Assembly: GCA_964016885.1 (NCBI GenBank)
Contig: OZ024746.1
Span: forward strand, 2,418,001 to 2,482,000
Source: Eledone cirrhosa
Taxonomy: Eukaryota
Reading direction: 5' to 3'
DNA: 64,000 nt
The notes beneath the pieces were generated by a model. That model was not told where the DNA came from. It searched no databases and was given only the letters and a program-made list of their open reading frames with translations. Shown here one piece after another: positions 53,420 to 64,000 of the stretch. The translations under genes and the position numbers were made by a program. The first letter of the stretch is position 1, and the number at the start of each line of letters is the position of its first letter.

Positions 53420-53747
53420 CAGCCCTCCTATCCCCACACATATGTATATACCCCTATGTGCAGATGATCTTACACTGAGAGTTGAATTAAGGCAGAATTA
53501 GAGAAAAAATTCCAAATCAGGAAGTATGGCCTAGAAAGAAAAGGTGTTAAAGTAAAAACAGTGAACCTGACAAAGACTAAGGTCTTAGTAAGTAAAAGGG
53601 AAAACAGGAATGATTCCTTTGGGGAAATGGCCTTGTTCAGTGTGTAGGAAAGGTGTAGGTAGAAATTCCATCCACTGCCCCAAATGCAAACTATGGGTAC
53701 ACAAGAGATGTTGTGGGATCTCAGGTAGTTTAGCTAAGAATGTAGGT
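53420..53747 (+). mobile_element. RTE RT/PHD fragment
   Basis: ADDL..., GKWPCSVCRKGVGRNSIHCPKCKLWVHKRC. Confidence 0.8.
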
Positions 53748-53822
53748 ATTCAAAATGTTTTCATCATTATGATAAAACAATTAACAATTAAAACCAATCC
53801 AAATATAAAGGTAGCCACTCAC

Positions 53823-53942
53823 CTGTACACTGTTTCCCCTTTATAAGCTGGTATCCTGATTTACAGGTACATTTGTAGCTACCAGGTGTATTGTGACAAA
53901 TATGTTGACAGCCACCATTTCTTCTTGAACATTCATTTATAT
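53823..53942 (-). CDS. cbEGF exon K
   Basis: ttcag|120 bp|gtgagt; (D)[39 protein letters not shown]. Confidence 0.9.
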
Positions 53943-53971
53943 CTGAAATATTAATATGGTAGAGGATATTA

Positions 53972-54594
53972 AGAAGCAAGAGAAGATTACTAATGTAGGT
54001 GGAATGCCGCTAGAATTTGTTGTGGAGTTCCTGTATTTGGGAGCAAAGATTGGGAATACGGAAGATAATGTGGTCGAGAGGAAGAGCAAAGCCTGGGTGG
54101 CATGCCACAGTTTGAGATCGGTGTAGAAGTCGGACCTTCATAAAGACCTGAAGATCTGCCTCTTCAATGCTATAGTGGAGTCTGTGCTGCTGTACGGGTC
54201 TGAGGCTTGGACACTGACCAAGAAACTCACTCAGATGGTGGATGGGTGCTACACGAGAATGCTGAGGATGGCTCTGAACATTAATCAGTATACACTGAGG
54301 ATGAAGAACTCGGATTGTACGGGAGCCTCACAAAAGTCAGCCCGAGAGTAGCCCAGAGGAGATTGAGGTTAGCTGGACATGCTCACCAACATCCAGAGTT
54401 GACACTGCACTCAGTGCTCCTGTGGGAGCCTCTGCATGGACACACTGGAAGAAGAAGACCAAGGTTAACATATATCGATGCCCTAAGGACAGACATTGGT
54501 CTCCCGGAGAGACAGGACATGGCAGCTATAATGCGGGACAGAGATCGCTGGAGAGAACTCATTCATGGATCCCGGAAATTTTACCCGCCCTAGA
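53972..54594 (+). mobile_element. 3' part of a second RTE-clade LINE family
   Basis: EFLYLG, VESVLLYGSEAW, RRLRLAGH, GRRRPRLTYID motifs. Confidence 0.78.
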
Positions 54595-54632
54595 CATATA
54601 TATACATATATATATATACATACATATATATA

Positions 54633-55815
54633 TGTGAGAGCTATACCAGCCATGTATAAAGAAACAGTCAGCAAGGTTAGAATTAATAACGAATATAGGG
54701 AAGAATTTAGCGTAAAAGTTGGTGTTCATCAGGGCTCCGTCCTTAGCCCCCTATTATTTATTATTGCCCTTCAGGCTATAACAGAGGAATTCAAGACCGG
54801 CTGCCCATGGGAACTTCTATACGCAGATGATCTAACACTCATAGCTGAATCAATGGCTGAACTAGAGAAGAAATTCCAAACATGGAAGCATGGCCTAGAA
54901 TCAAAAGGCCTTAAAGTTAACTTGTCTAAGACTAAAGTTCTAATATGTAGGAAGGAAAATAGGGTACTGGTCCCATCTGGGTAATGGCCATGCTCAGTGT
55001 GTAGTAAAGAAGTAGGCAGAAACTCCATTTTATGTCCCAAATGCAAAGTATGGGTACATAAAAGATGTAGTGGGATCACAGGTAAGCTAACTAAGAATAT
55101 AGATTTTATATGTGGCCAGTGCTCAGGTGCAATAGGTAGCAAGTGTCCACAGAATACTAGCCCATTCCATTGCACAGATGGTTCTATTGAAATAGTGGAC
55201 ACCTTCCGTTACCTGGGTGACAAAATCAGCAGTGGTGGAGGGTGCTCTGAAAGTACAGTAGCCAGAGTTAGAACGGGGTGGAAAAAGTTCAGAGAGCTTA
55301 TACCACTATTGGCCGCTAAAGGTTTCTCTCTAAAAATGAAAGGCAGACTGTATGATGCTTGCATATGAACAGAAATGCTACATGGCAGTACAACATGGGC
55401 ATTGTGTGCAGAGGAACTGCACAGACTGGAGAGGAACGAAGCATGCATGCTCCGCTGGATGTGTAATAGTAATATACGTGAATGGCAAAGCATAAATGAA
55501 CTAAGTGAGAAATTAGGTATAAGAGTGATCAGATGCTGTTTACTTGAGAGAAGACTACGTTGGTATGGTCACGTGATGCGCATGAAAGACGACAGCTGTA
55601 TAAAAAAGTGCAGGGCGATCAAAATTGACGGAAGTTACGGAGTAGGCAGACCCAGAAAAACCTGGGACGACTTGATAAATTCCGACTTTACACACACCTC
55701 TCTAAGACAATGTCACTGGACCGAGATCTTTGGCGCTACACAGTAATACAGAAGACCCACCTTGCCTAAGTACAAAGCGAAACCTACAGTCAGTAGGCAC
55801 CTCTTAATCAAATAT
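54633..55815 (+). mobile_element. RTE LINE internal fragment
   Basis: QGSVLSP, YADD, C4HC3 finger, RRLRWYGH; truncated at both ends. Confidence 0.92.
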
Positions 55816-55861
55816 ACAACTAACAATTAAAACCAATCCAAATATAAAGGTAGCCACTCAC

Positions 55862-55981
55862 CTGTACACTGTTTCCCCTTTATAAGCTGGTATCCTGATT
55901 TACAGGTACATTTGTAGCTACCAGGTGTATTGTGACAAATATGTTGACAGCCACCCTTTCCTCTTGAACATTCATTTATCT
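55862..55981 (-). CDS. cbEGF exon L
   Basis: (E)[39 protein letters not shown]; ag/gtgagt. Confidence 0.88.
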
Positions 55982-56429
55982 CTGAAATATTAAAATGGTA
56001 GAGGATATTCATGAAAATATACATACCATCTCCTTCACCCATTTATTCCTGTGAGGGTCGTGGGGGCAGAGTCCTCAGTTACTCCTTCTAGTGGGTCCTG
56101 TCAGAAGCAATTGTCTCCAACTGTTCCAGTTGGATCCCCAAGCAAGATCAGCCAAGGTCATAGATGTTATCTAACCATCTTGCTCGGGGTTTACCTCGGT
56201 CTCCTGCCAGTTGGTTTTGCCCGTAAAATCTGTCCAGCAATTCTTTCCTGAGACATCCTAACTACATATAATATTCTTTATCATATATATATATATATAA
56301 TAACCACCACTATTACTACCACCAATACTGCTACTGTCACCCCCAGCCCAACTGCTACCCACATGACTGCTGCCATCACTGCCATAACCACCACACTTTC
56401 TGCCACCACTACTACCATCATCATCATCA

Positions 56430-56780
56430 TATATCTACTTTCTATGCTGATATAAGTTTGATAGTTCTATCACATTAACTACTTCAATTACCCCATCTAC
56501 CCATTCCTCAGCTAGTAGAATGCCTACTCCACCTACACTGTTGTCATCACCTCTCCATAAGTACTTGTATCTATGTTGTCCATAAGAAGTCTTGTTGAGG
56601 TTCCCCACCACCTCCCCAACACAGTATATATCCACTCATCATCTCTCCAGCAACTCCACAATTTCACCTCATCTACCTTTCAGTGTGCCCACATTGAGTG
56701 TAGCACTTCTGAGATGAGTTACCTGGTAATGGTGATTTGGCCCTTTTCTAGTTCTTTATACCTGGATGGGAATAAGAGTG
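56430..56780 (-). mobile_element. RTE endonuclease N-terminal relic
   Basis: YKYLWRGDDNSVGGVGILLAEEWVDGVIEV parallels 60295-60400. Confidence 0.65.
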
Positions 56781-57032
56781 TGTGATTGCTTGATGATGGT
56801 GAAAGGGTTCTTGCACATAGCTAAGTTAGCCACCCCATGTGTGTAGACAAATATAGCAATGCAAAGAGGAAGGCAGTGTATAGACACATGTAGCAACATA
56901 GAGGGGACAGCATGTACACATGTAGTAATTTTAAATGAGATAAGCACAATCAAATGCTTACTCACACTTTCTCCATAAATATAGCAACAACTAACAATTA
57001 AAACCAATCCAAATATAAAGGTAGCCACTCAC

Positions 57033-57152
57033 CTGTACACAGTTTCCCCTTTATAAGCTGGTATCCTGATTTACAGGTACATTTGTAGCTACCAGGTGTA
57101 TTGTGACAAATATGTTGACAGCCACCCTTTCCTCTTGAACATTCATTTATAT
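57033..57152 (-). CDS. cbEGF exon M
   Basis: (D)[39 protein letters not shown]; ag/gtgagt. Confidence 0.88.
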
Positions 57153-57333
57153 CTGAAATATTTTGACAGGAATAATTCATGAAAATGTCACACAGCCTCC
57201 TCCTCCTCCACTGTGTGATGTAAAAGAAATATATATGGAAGGAGGCAGCATGCAGGCTTCAATATGAACCCTGATCTTTGAATAGATCTTTGAATTGTGA
57301 AGGGAAATAAAATTTGGCATTATTGTTGAATTA

Positions 57334-59322
57334 CAGCGTGTAACAAACATTTTTTTTTTCTTTGTTCCTGGCTTGTAATCACTTTTTTTGTGTTGCTTAG
57401 GTCCCAAATAAATAAAATAGTGTTATTAAACAATTAAAAGTTTGGGTTTGTAAAAATTCTAAGCTATTCACTAGAATTATTTGTATGCTGGATTTTACGT
57501 TGTATGTAAGTTTAATTTGCTTATGTTAAATGATTTTATTATATATGTTTCAGGTTAAATTAAAATTATAACATAAAGAGTAATACCTAAAGAAAATTAT
57601 AAAAGTGCAATAAAGTATAAAATTGTTAAAAGGTGGATTAAAGAGATTTATTGATACTGGATTTTCGCACCCTGAATAAAGGGTAAGTTGTGTTTTAAGC
57701 ACAAATTTTCATTAGTATGATTAGTGTTCTTTTATATTATTTAAATATGTATTTCCCTTTCCAATATTTATTTTCTATTGCATATCAAATTTATTTTCCA
57801 AGACAAGTATTCTGATGAAGACGAGGAGATGGATGCTGAGGACTTGGATTACCTGCCTGAGGTACCAGAAAAAGTTCCTCACTTCCCAAACCAAAAAGAA
57901 GTCAATGACTTGGTCAGGGATATGGGTCTGACCAAGTCCAATGCAGAGCTATTCGTCTCCAGGATGAAGCAGTGGAACTTGGTCAAGGAGGAAGTGCAGG
58001 TAACAAGTCAGAGAAGTTGACACAAACTTTTGTCAGGATTTTACACTCTTAGGGATGGCCTCTGCTTCTGCAACGATGTGCCTGGACTGTTTGATGTTAT
58101 TGGGGTGCCGTTTGTGCCCAAGGAGTGGCGGCTATTTATAGACAGCTGCACCACAAGTTTGAAGGCTGTCCTCCTCCACAATGGAAACAAATTCCCGACA
58201 CTGCCCCTAGCTCATTCAGTCTGCCTGAAGGAAGATTACTACAGTGTGAAAGTCATCTTGGAAGCTCTGCAATACAACCAGTACAATTGGGAAATCATTA
58301 GAGACTTCAAGATGGTGGCTTTCCTGCTTGGACTCCAAGGAGGCTTTATCAAATTCCAATGATTCCTCTGCCTTTGGGACAGCAGAGCCACCTCTGACCA
58401 CTACAAAAGAAAGAACTGGGAGCAGCGAACAGAATTTATAGTTGGGACCCGGAACGTCATGTGGGAGCCACTGGTTGATCCCAGGATTGTGTTCATGCCA
58501 CCACTGCACATTAAGTTGGGGTTGATGAAGCAGTTTGTGAAGGCTCTCAACCAAGAATCAGCCACTTTTAAGTACCTTCTTGAGTTCTTCCCCAAGTTAT
58601 CTGAGGCCAAAATCAAAGGTGGAATTTTTGTTGGACCTCAGATACAGAAGGTGTTTGAGTCTACCGAGTTCTCCAATAAGCTCAATAGGATTGAGAGAAC
58701 AGCATGGAACTGTTTCAAGGCAGTTGTTAAGGGCTTGCTGGTTAACTACAGAGCTGAAAACTACCAGAAACTGGTGCAGGATCTGATAAAGGCTTTTGGC
58801 GCCATGGGATGCAAGATGTCGCTTAAACTCCATATGCTGGACGCTCACCTGGAAAAATTCAAGGACAATATGGGCGCCTACTCAGAAGAACAAGGCGAAC
58901 GATTCCACCAAGATGTGAAAGAGATAGAGTGGAGGTACCAGGGCCACTACAATGAAAAAATGATGGGGGACTATATCTGGGGGCTAGTGGGAGAATGCGA
59001 CCTGGACTACAACCGCAAATCCAGGAAATCCAGTTATTTCTGACGTGTATAAGTTGCTTTATAAGTGTTATTTGTTTTTACTTGTTTACTTTTGATAAGC
59101 TTGTGTAATAAAATAAATATATACTCTGTTGATTTAATTATATGAACTGATAAATTAAAAAAAAATGTATTTTATATTGAAAAATATGAAAATTTCGAAA
59201 TATCAAACTCCTGACCACAAACCCAAACTTCTGATTAAATAATAGTGTTTTTTTAAATAATAATGGGATATAACAAACCATGAAATGACAGAACTGGAGA
59301 ACAAAAAATATGTTACACAGTG
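57334..59322 (+). mobile_element. DNA transposon, Chapaev3-like (CMC group), defective
   Basis: TTA duplication at 57331-57333 and 59323-59325; imperfect TIRs cagcgtgtaaca / tgttacacagtg; subterminal agtttgggtttgt inverted pair. Confidence 0.75.
57800..59043 (+). pseudogene. Transposase pseudogene (single frame, two in-frame TGA)
   Basis: WRLFIDS, IIRDFKMV, PPLHIKLGLMKQFVKAL, SEEQGERFHQD motifs; ORFs 57778/58030/58459 share one frame. Confidence 0.82.
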
Positions 59323-59448
59323 TTATTCTAGAAATGTGAAATTTCTAATGTACTGGATGGTGTAAAGAAGATGATTTTATGTGGAATAACATAAATATAG
59401 CTACAACTAACAATTAAAACCAATCTAAATATAAAGGTAGCCACTCAC

Positions 59449-59568
59449 CTGTACACTGTTTCCCCTTTATAATCTGGTATCCTGATTTACAGGTACATTT
59501 GTAGCTACCAGGTGTATTGTGACAAATATGTTGACAGCCACCATTTCCTCTTGAACACTCATTTATCT
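59449..59568 (-). CDS. cbEGF exon N (most 5' visible exon)
   Basis: (E)[39 protein letters not shown]; ag/gtgagt. Confidence 0.88.
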
Positions 59569-59602
59569 CTGAAATATTAAAATGGTAGAGGATATTCATG
59601 AA

Positions 59603-59606
<4 letters not shown>

Positions 59607-59652
<46 letters not shown>

Positions 59653-59962
59653 TTATATATATATACACATATACATACATATACACATATACATACACAT
59701 ATACATACATATATACATACACATATACATATATATGTATACACATATACATACATACATATGTATACACATATACATACATACATACATATATACATAC
59801 ATACATATATACACATATATATACATATATACACATATATATACATATATATACATATATATACATATATATACATATATATACATATATACACATATAT
59901 ATACATATATATACATATATACACATATACATACATATACATATATACACATATATACATAC

Positions 59963-59993
<31 letters not shown>

Positions 59994-60248
59994 CATATAT
60001 ACATATACATACATATATATACATACATATACATATACATATATACATACATATACATACATATATATACATACATATACATACATATATATACATACAT
60101 ATACATACATATATATACATACATATACATACATATATATACATACATATACATACATATATATATATACATACATATACATATATACATATACATATAC
60201 ATATATACATATATATACATACATATACATACATATACATACATATAC
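59607..60248. repeat. (TA/TACA)n microsatellite
   Basis: Alternating purine-pyrimidine tract. Confidence 0.95.
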
Positions 60249-63200
60249 AGGTGGAGGGGCGGGTCTGCTAGATTCATTGTGGGTAAAAAACGTTGCTATA
60301 AGCTTTTCTGGGTGGGAAATGACAATGGGATAGGTGGGGTAGGAATCATGTTAGCAGAAAAATGGGTGGATAAAATAATAGATGTAAATAGAGTGAATGA
60401 CAGAATAATTAAAATAAGACTTGTCCTCAATAGAACTACGGTGACAGTAATATCTGCATACACGCCCCAATCCGGACTGCCTGGCACTATAAAAGACAGA
60501 TTCTACGAGACACTGATGCTCACTACCTCCTAAATAACCGACAGTGACTATATAATTATTGCTGGCGACCTAAATGGCCACATTGGACAACATTGTGACG
60601 GCTATGACGGAATCCATGGAGGCTATGGGTTTGGTACTAGAAATGAGGAAGGCTCCAGAATCCTGGAATTTTGTGATGCAAATAATCTAACTATCTGTGA
60701 CACAAACTTCAAAAAACGAGACAATCACTTGATCACCTACAGATCAGGGGAACATACCAGCCAGGTAGATTATATCCTTACCAGAAGACGTGACAGAGTA
60801 TCTGTTGTAAACACTAAATCCCTCCCCCATGAAGAATGCACCTCCCAACATAGACTGATAATTAGCGACCTCATAGTCAGGACGAGACGTACTAGACAGC
60901 AGAAGAGGACTATCCTCAGGAGAAAAATATGGAAGCTAAAGGATCCCACAGCCAGAAATAAATTTCAAAGCATATTACTTGATGCTTTCAACAGTAAGGA
61001 AGAGCAATTAGAGTCGTACTAAGTAGAGGAACAGTGGAAATTCCTGAAAGCAAACCTGCTGATGGCGGCAGACGAAGTCTGTGGCTGGAGCAGGCCTGTA
61101 AGCAGGAGGAGAGTAACATGGTGGTGGAACAGTAAGGTGGAGGGGTCAATCAAGGCCAAAAAGCAGGCTTGGAAAGCATGGCGGGATGGGGGAAGTAGAG
61201 AAGACTATCAAGTGGCCAGGAGGGAAGCTAGGAGACAAGTGTACTTTGCAAGAAGGGAAGCAGAGGAAAGAAAGTTCAAGCATGTTCTACAACGCGAGGA
61301 CCAAAAACGTGAGGTGTTCAGGATTGCTAGGCAATGTGTCAAGGAAAACCGTGATATTGTCGGGGAGAAGTGTGTACTTAACGATGATGGCGTACTTGCC
61401 ATCACTGACGCTGATAAGAAGGTAGCTTGGAAGTGTCACTACGAAAGGCTACTAAATGAGGAGAACAAATGGGAGAAAGACAGTCTCCCCCACATCGACC
61501 CAATAGAGGGACCAGCAGTGTTAGTCGAAGGTAGTATAATAAGTAAGGCAATCAAAGATATGAAGACGGGTAAGGCGGCTGGGCCTTCGGAAATAGTTGC
61601 TGAGATGCTGAAAGCCTCTGGAACGGTGGGACACACCATGGTCACCCGGATAGTAAACCAAGTCATACAGAATGGGGTTGTTCCGAAGGACTGGCGTAGC
61701 AGCATCATCATTAACTGTTACAAGGGTAAAGGAGATGCCCAAGATAGAAGTAACTATAGAGGCATTAAATTAATCGACCAGGTCATGAAGGTCACGGAAA
61801 AAGTAATAGCGCAACTAATCAGAGAGAGAATTGATCTAGATGAAATGCAGTTCGGGTTTGTGTCAGGCAAAAGTACCACAGACGCTCTTTTCATTGTACG
61901 ACAACTACAAGAGCTAGCTAAAAGTAAACCCCTATACTTAGCTTTTGTCGACCTGGAGAAAGCCTTCGACCGAGTCCCCCGTTTCATTATCTGGTGGGCT
62001 CTTAGAAAACTAGGTGTTGACGAATGGCTTGTGAGAGCTATACAAGCCATGTATGAAGAAACAGTCAGCAAGGTTAGAATTAACAACGAATATAGCGAAG
62101 AGTTTAGCGTAAAAGTTGGTGTCCATCAGGGCTCTGTTCTTAGCCCCCTACTATTTATTATTGCCCTTCAGGCTATAACAGAGGAGTTCAAGACCGGCTG
62201 CCCATGGGAACTCCTATACACAGATGATCTAACGCTCATAGCTGAATCAATGGCCGAGCTAGAGAAGAAATTCCAAACATGGAAGCACGGCCTAGAATCA
62301 AAAGGCCTTAAAATTAACCTGGCTAAGACTAAAGTTCTAGTTTGTAGGAAAGAAAATAAGGCGCCGGTCCCTTCCGGGAAATGGCCATGCTCAGTGTGTA
62401 GGAAAGGCGTAGGTAGAAACTCCATCTTATGTCCCAAATGCAAAGTATGGGTACATAAAAGATGTAGTGGGATCACAGGTAAGCTAACTAAGAACATAGA
62501 TTTTACATGTGGCAAGTGCCCACAAAATACTAGCTCTTTCAATTGCGCAGAGGGTTCTATAGAAATAGTGGACAGCTTCCGTTACCTGGGTGACAAAATC
62601 AGCAGTGGGGGAGGGTGCTCTGAAAGTACAGTAGCTAGAGTCAGAACTGGTTGGAAAAAGTTCAGAGAGCTTATACCACTATTAGCCGCTAAAGGGTTCT
62701 CCCTAAAAATGAAAGGCTGGTTGTATGATGCCTGCATACGAACAGCAATGTTGCATGGCAGGGAAACCTGGGCATTGTGTGCAGAGGATATACGCAGAGG
62801 AACGAAGCTTGCATGCTCCGCTGGATGTGTAATAGTAATATACGTGAATGGCAAAGCATAAACGAACTAAGGAAAAAATTAGAAATAAGAGGGATCAGAT
62901 GTTGTTTACTCAAGAGAAGACTACGTTGGTGTGGTCACATGATGCGCATGAAAGACGACAGCTGTATAACAAAGTGCAGGGCAATAAAGATAGACAGAAG
63001 CCACGGAGTAGGCAGACCCAGAAAAACCTGGGACGAGCTGATAAATTCCGACCTCACATACTTACACCTCTCCAAGACAATGTCACTGGACCGAGACCTT
63101 TGGCGGTACTCAGTAACAGAGAAGACCCGCCTTACCTAAATACAAAGTAAAACCTACTACAGTCAGTAGGCATCTCTAACAAAATACACCCCCGTCCCAC

Positions 63201-63525
63201 CACCCCCACCCCATCCACACCGCCCCTTTCAATGTAAAGTTATGTTGGTGCCACAACATCCAGGCCGAAACAAATGAGATCGTGTAGGTGTCACGACAAA
63301 AAAACACACAGTCCACGCTGTAATGTGGCCGTGTAGGCAACACGGTAAAAACCTCCCAGCCCCACACTGTAAATGTGGTTGGTGTTAGGAAGGGCATCCA
63401 ACTGTAGAAAACCTGCCAGACAGTCCTATGCGAGCAAAGACAACCACTCTTGCCTCAAGTGGGAAAACTCCCGTTCAAACCCATGCAAGCGTGGAACATG
63501 GACGTTAAACGATGATGATGATGAT
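60249..63525 (+). mobile_element. Near full-length RTE LINE (APE endonuclease, RT, PHD finger), few stops and deletions
   Basis: GVGIML, SAYTPQ, IIAGDLNGH, QVDYIL, DLEKAFD, QGSVLSP, YTDD, RRLRWCGH, 3'UTR with (gat)n tail. Confidence 0.96.
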
Positions 63526-63929
<404 letters not shown>

Positions 63930-64000
63930 ATGAAATATTTTGACAAGTAATTCATGAAAATATCACACAGCCTCCTCCTCCTCCTCTGTGTGATGTAAAA

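Noticed and set aside
132-59568. Naming the gene (fibrillin, matrilin, SCUBE, hemicentin)
   Set aside because: Only cbEGF modules are visible; no diagnostic TB, vWA, CUB or Ig domains.

Overview
AT-rich, repeat-dense animal genomic DNA. The SINE/LINE complement and (TA)n density suggest a cephalopod (octopus-like) genome; this is an inference. The whole window lies inside one large minus-strand gene, of which only internal exons are visible. There are 12 intact 120-bp, phase-1/phase-1 exons, each encoding one calcium-binding EGF module (D/E-I/N-N/D-E-C...C), plus 2 decayed pseudo-exons. Several exons are very recent duplicates, so the array is in exon-level birth-and-death. Introns carry RTE LINEs with a PHD-type C4HC3 finger inside the RT region, CR1 and Tx1/L1 remnants, two tRNA-derived SINE families, a Chapaev3-like transposon, mariner/Tc1/piggyBac-like remnants, a non-autonomous Helitron and many minisatellites. 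Most notable non-coding signals: (1) type-I hammerhead ribozyme motifs with stem covariation in small Penelope-like elements at 22.7-23.1 kb; (2) the same 45-bp SINE 5' head amplified in tandem three separate times; (3) a 61-bp CR1-tail array bounded by an inverted repeat. The long ORFs over simple or tandem repeats are judged spurious. All alignments were done by eye.
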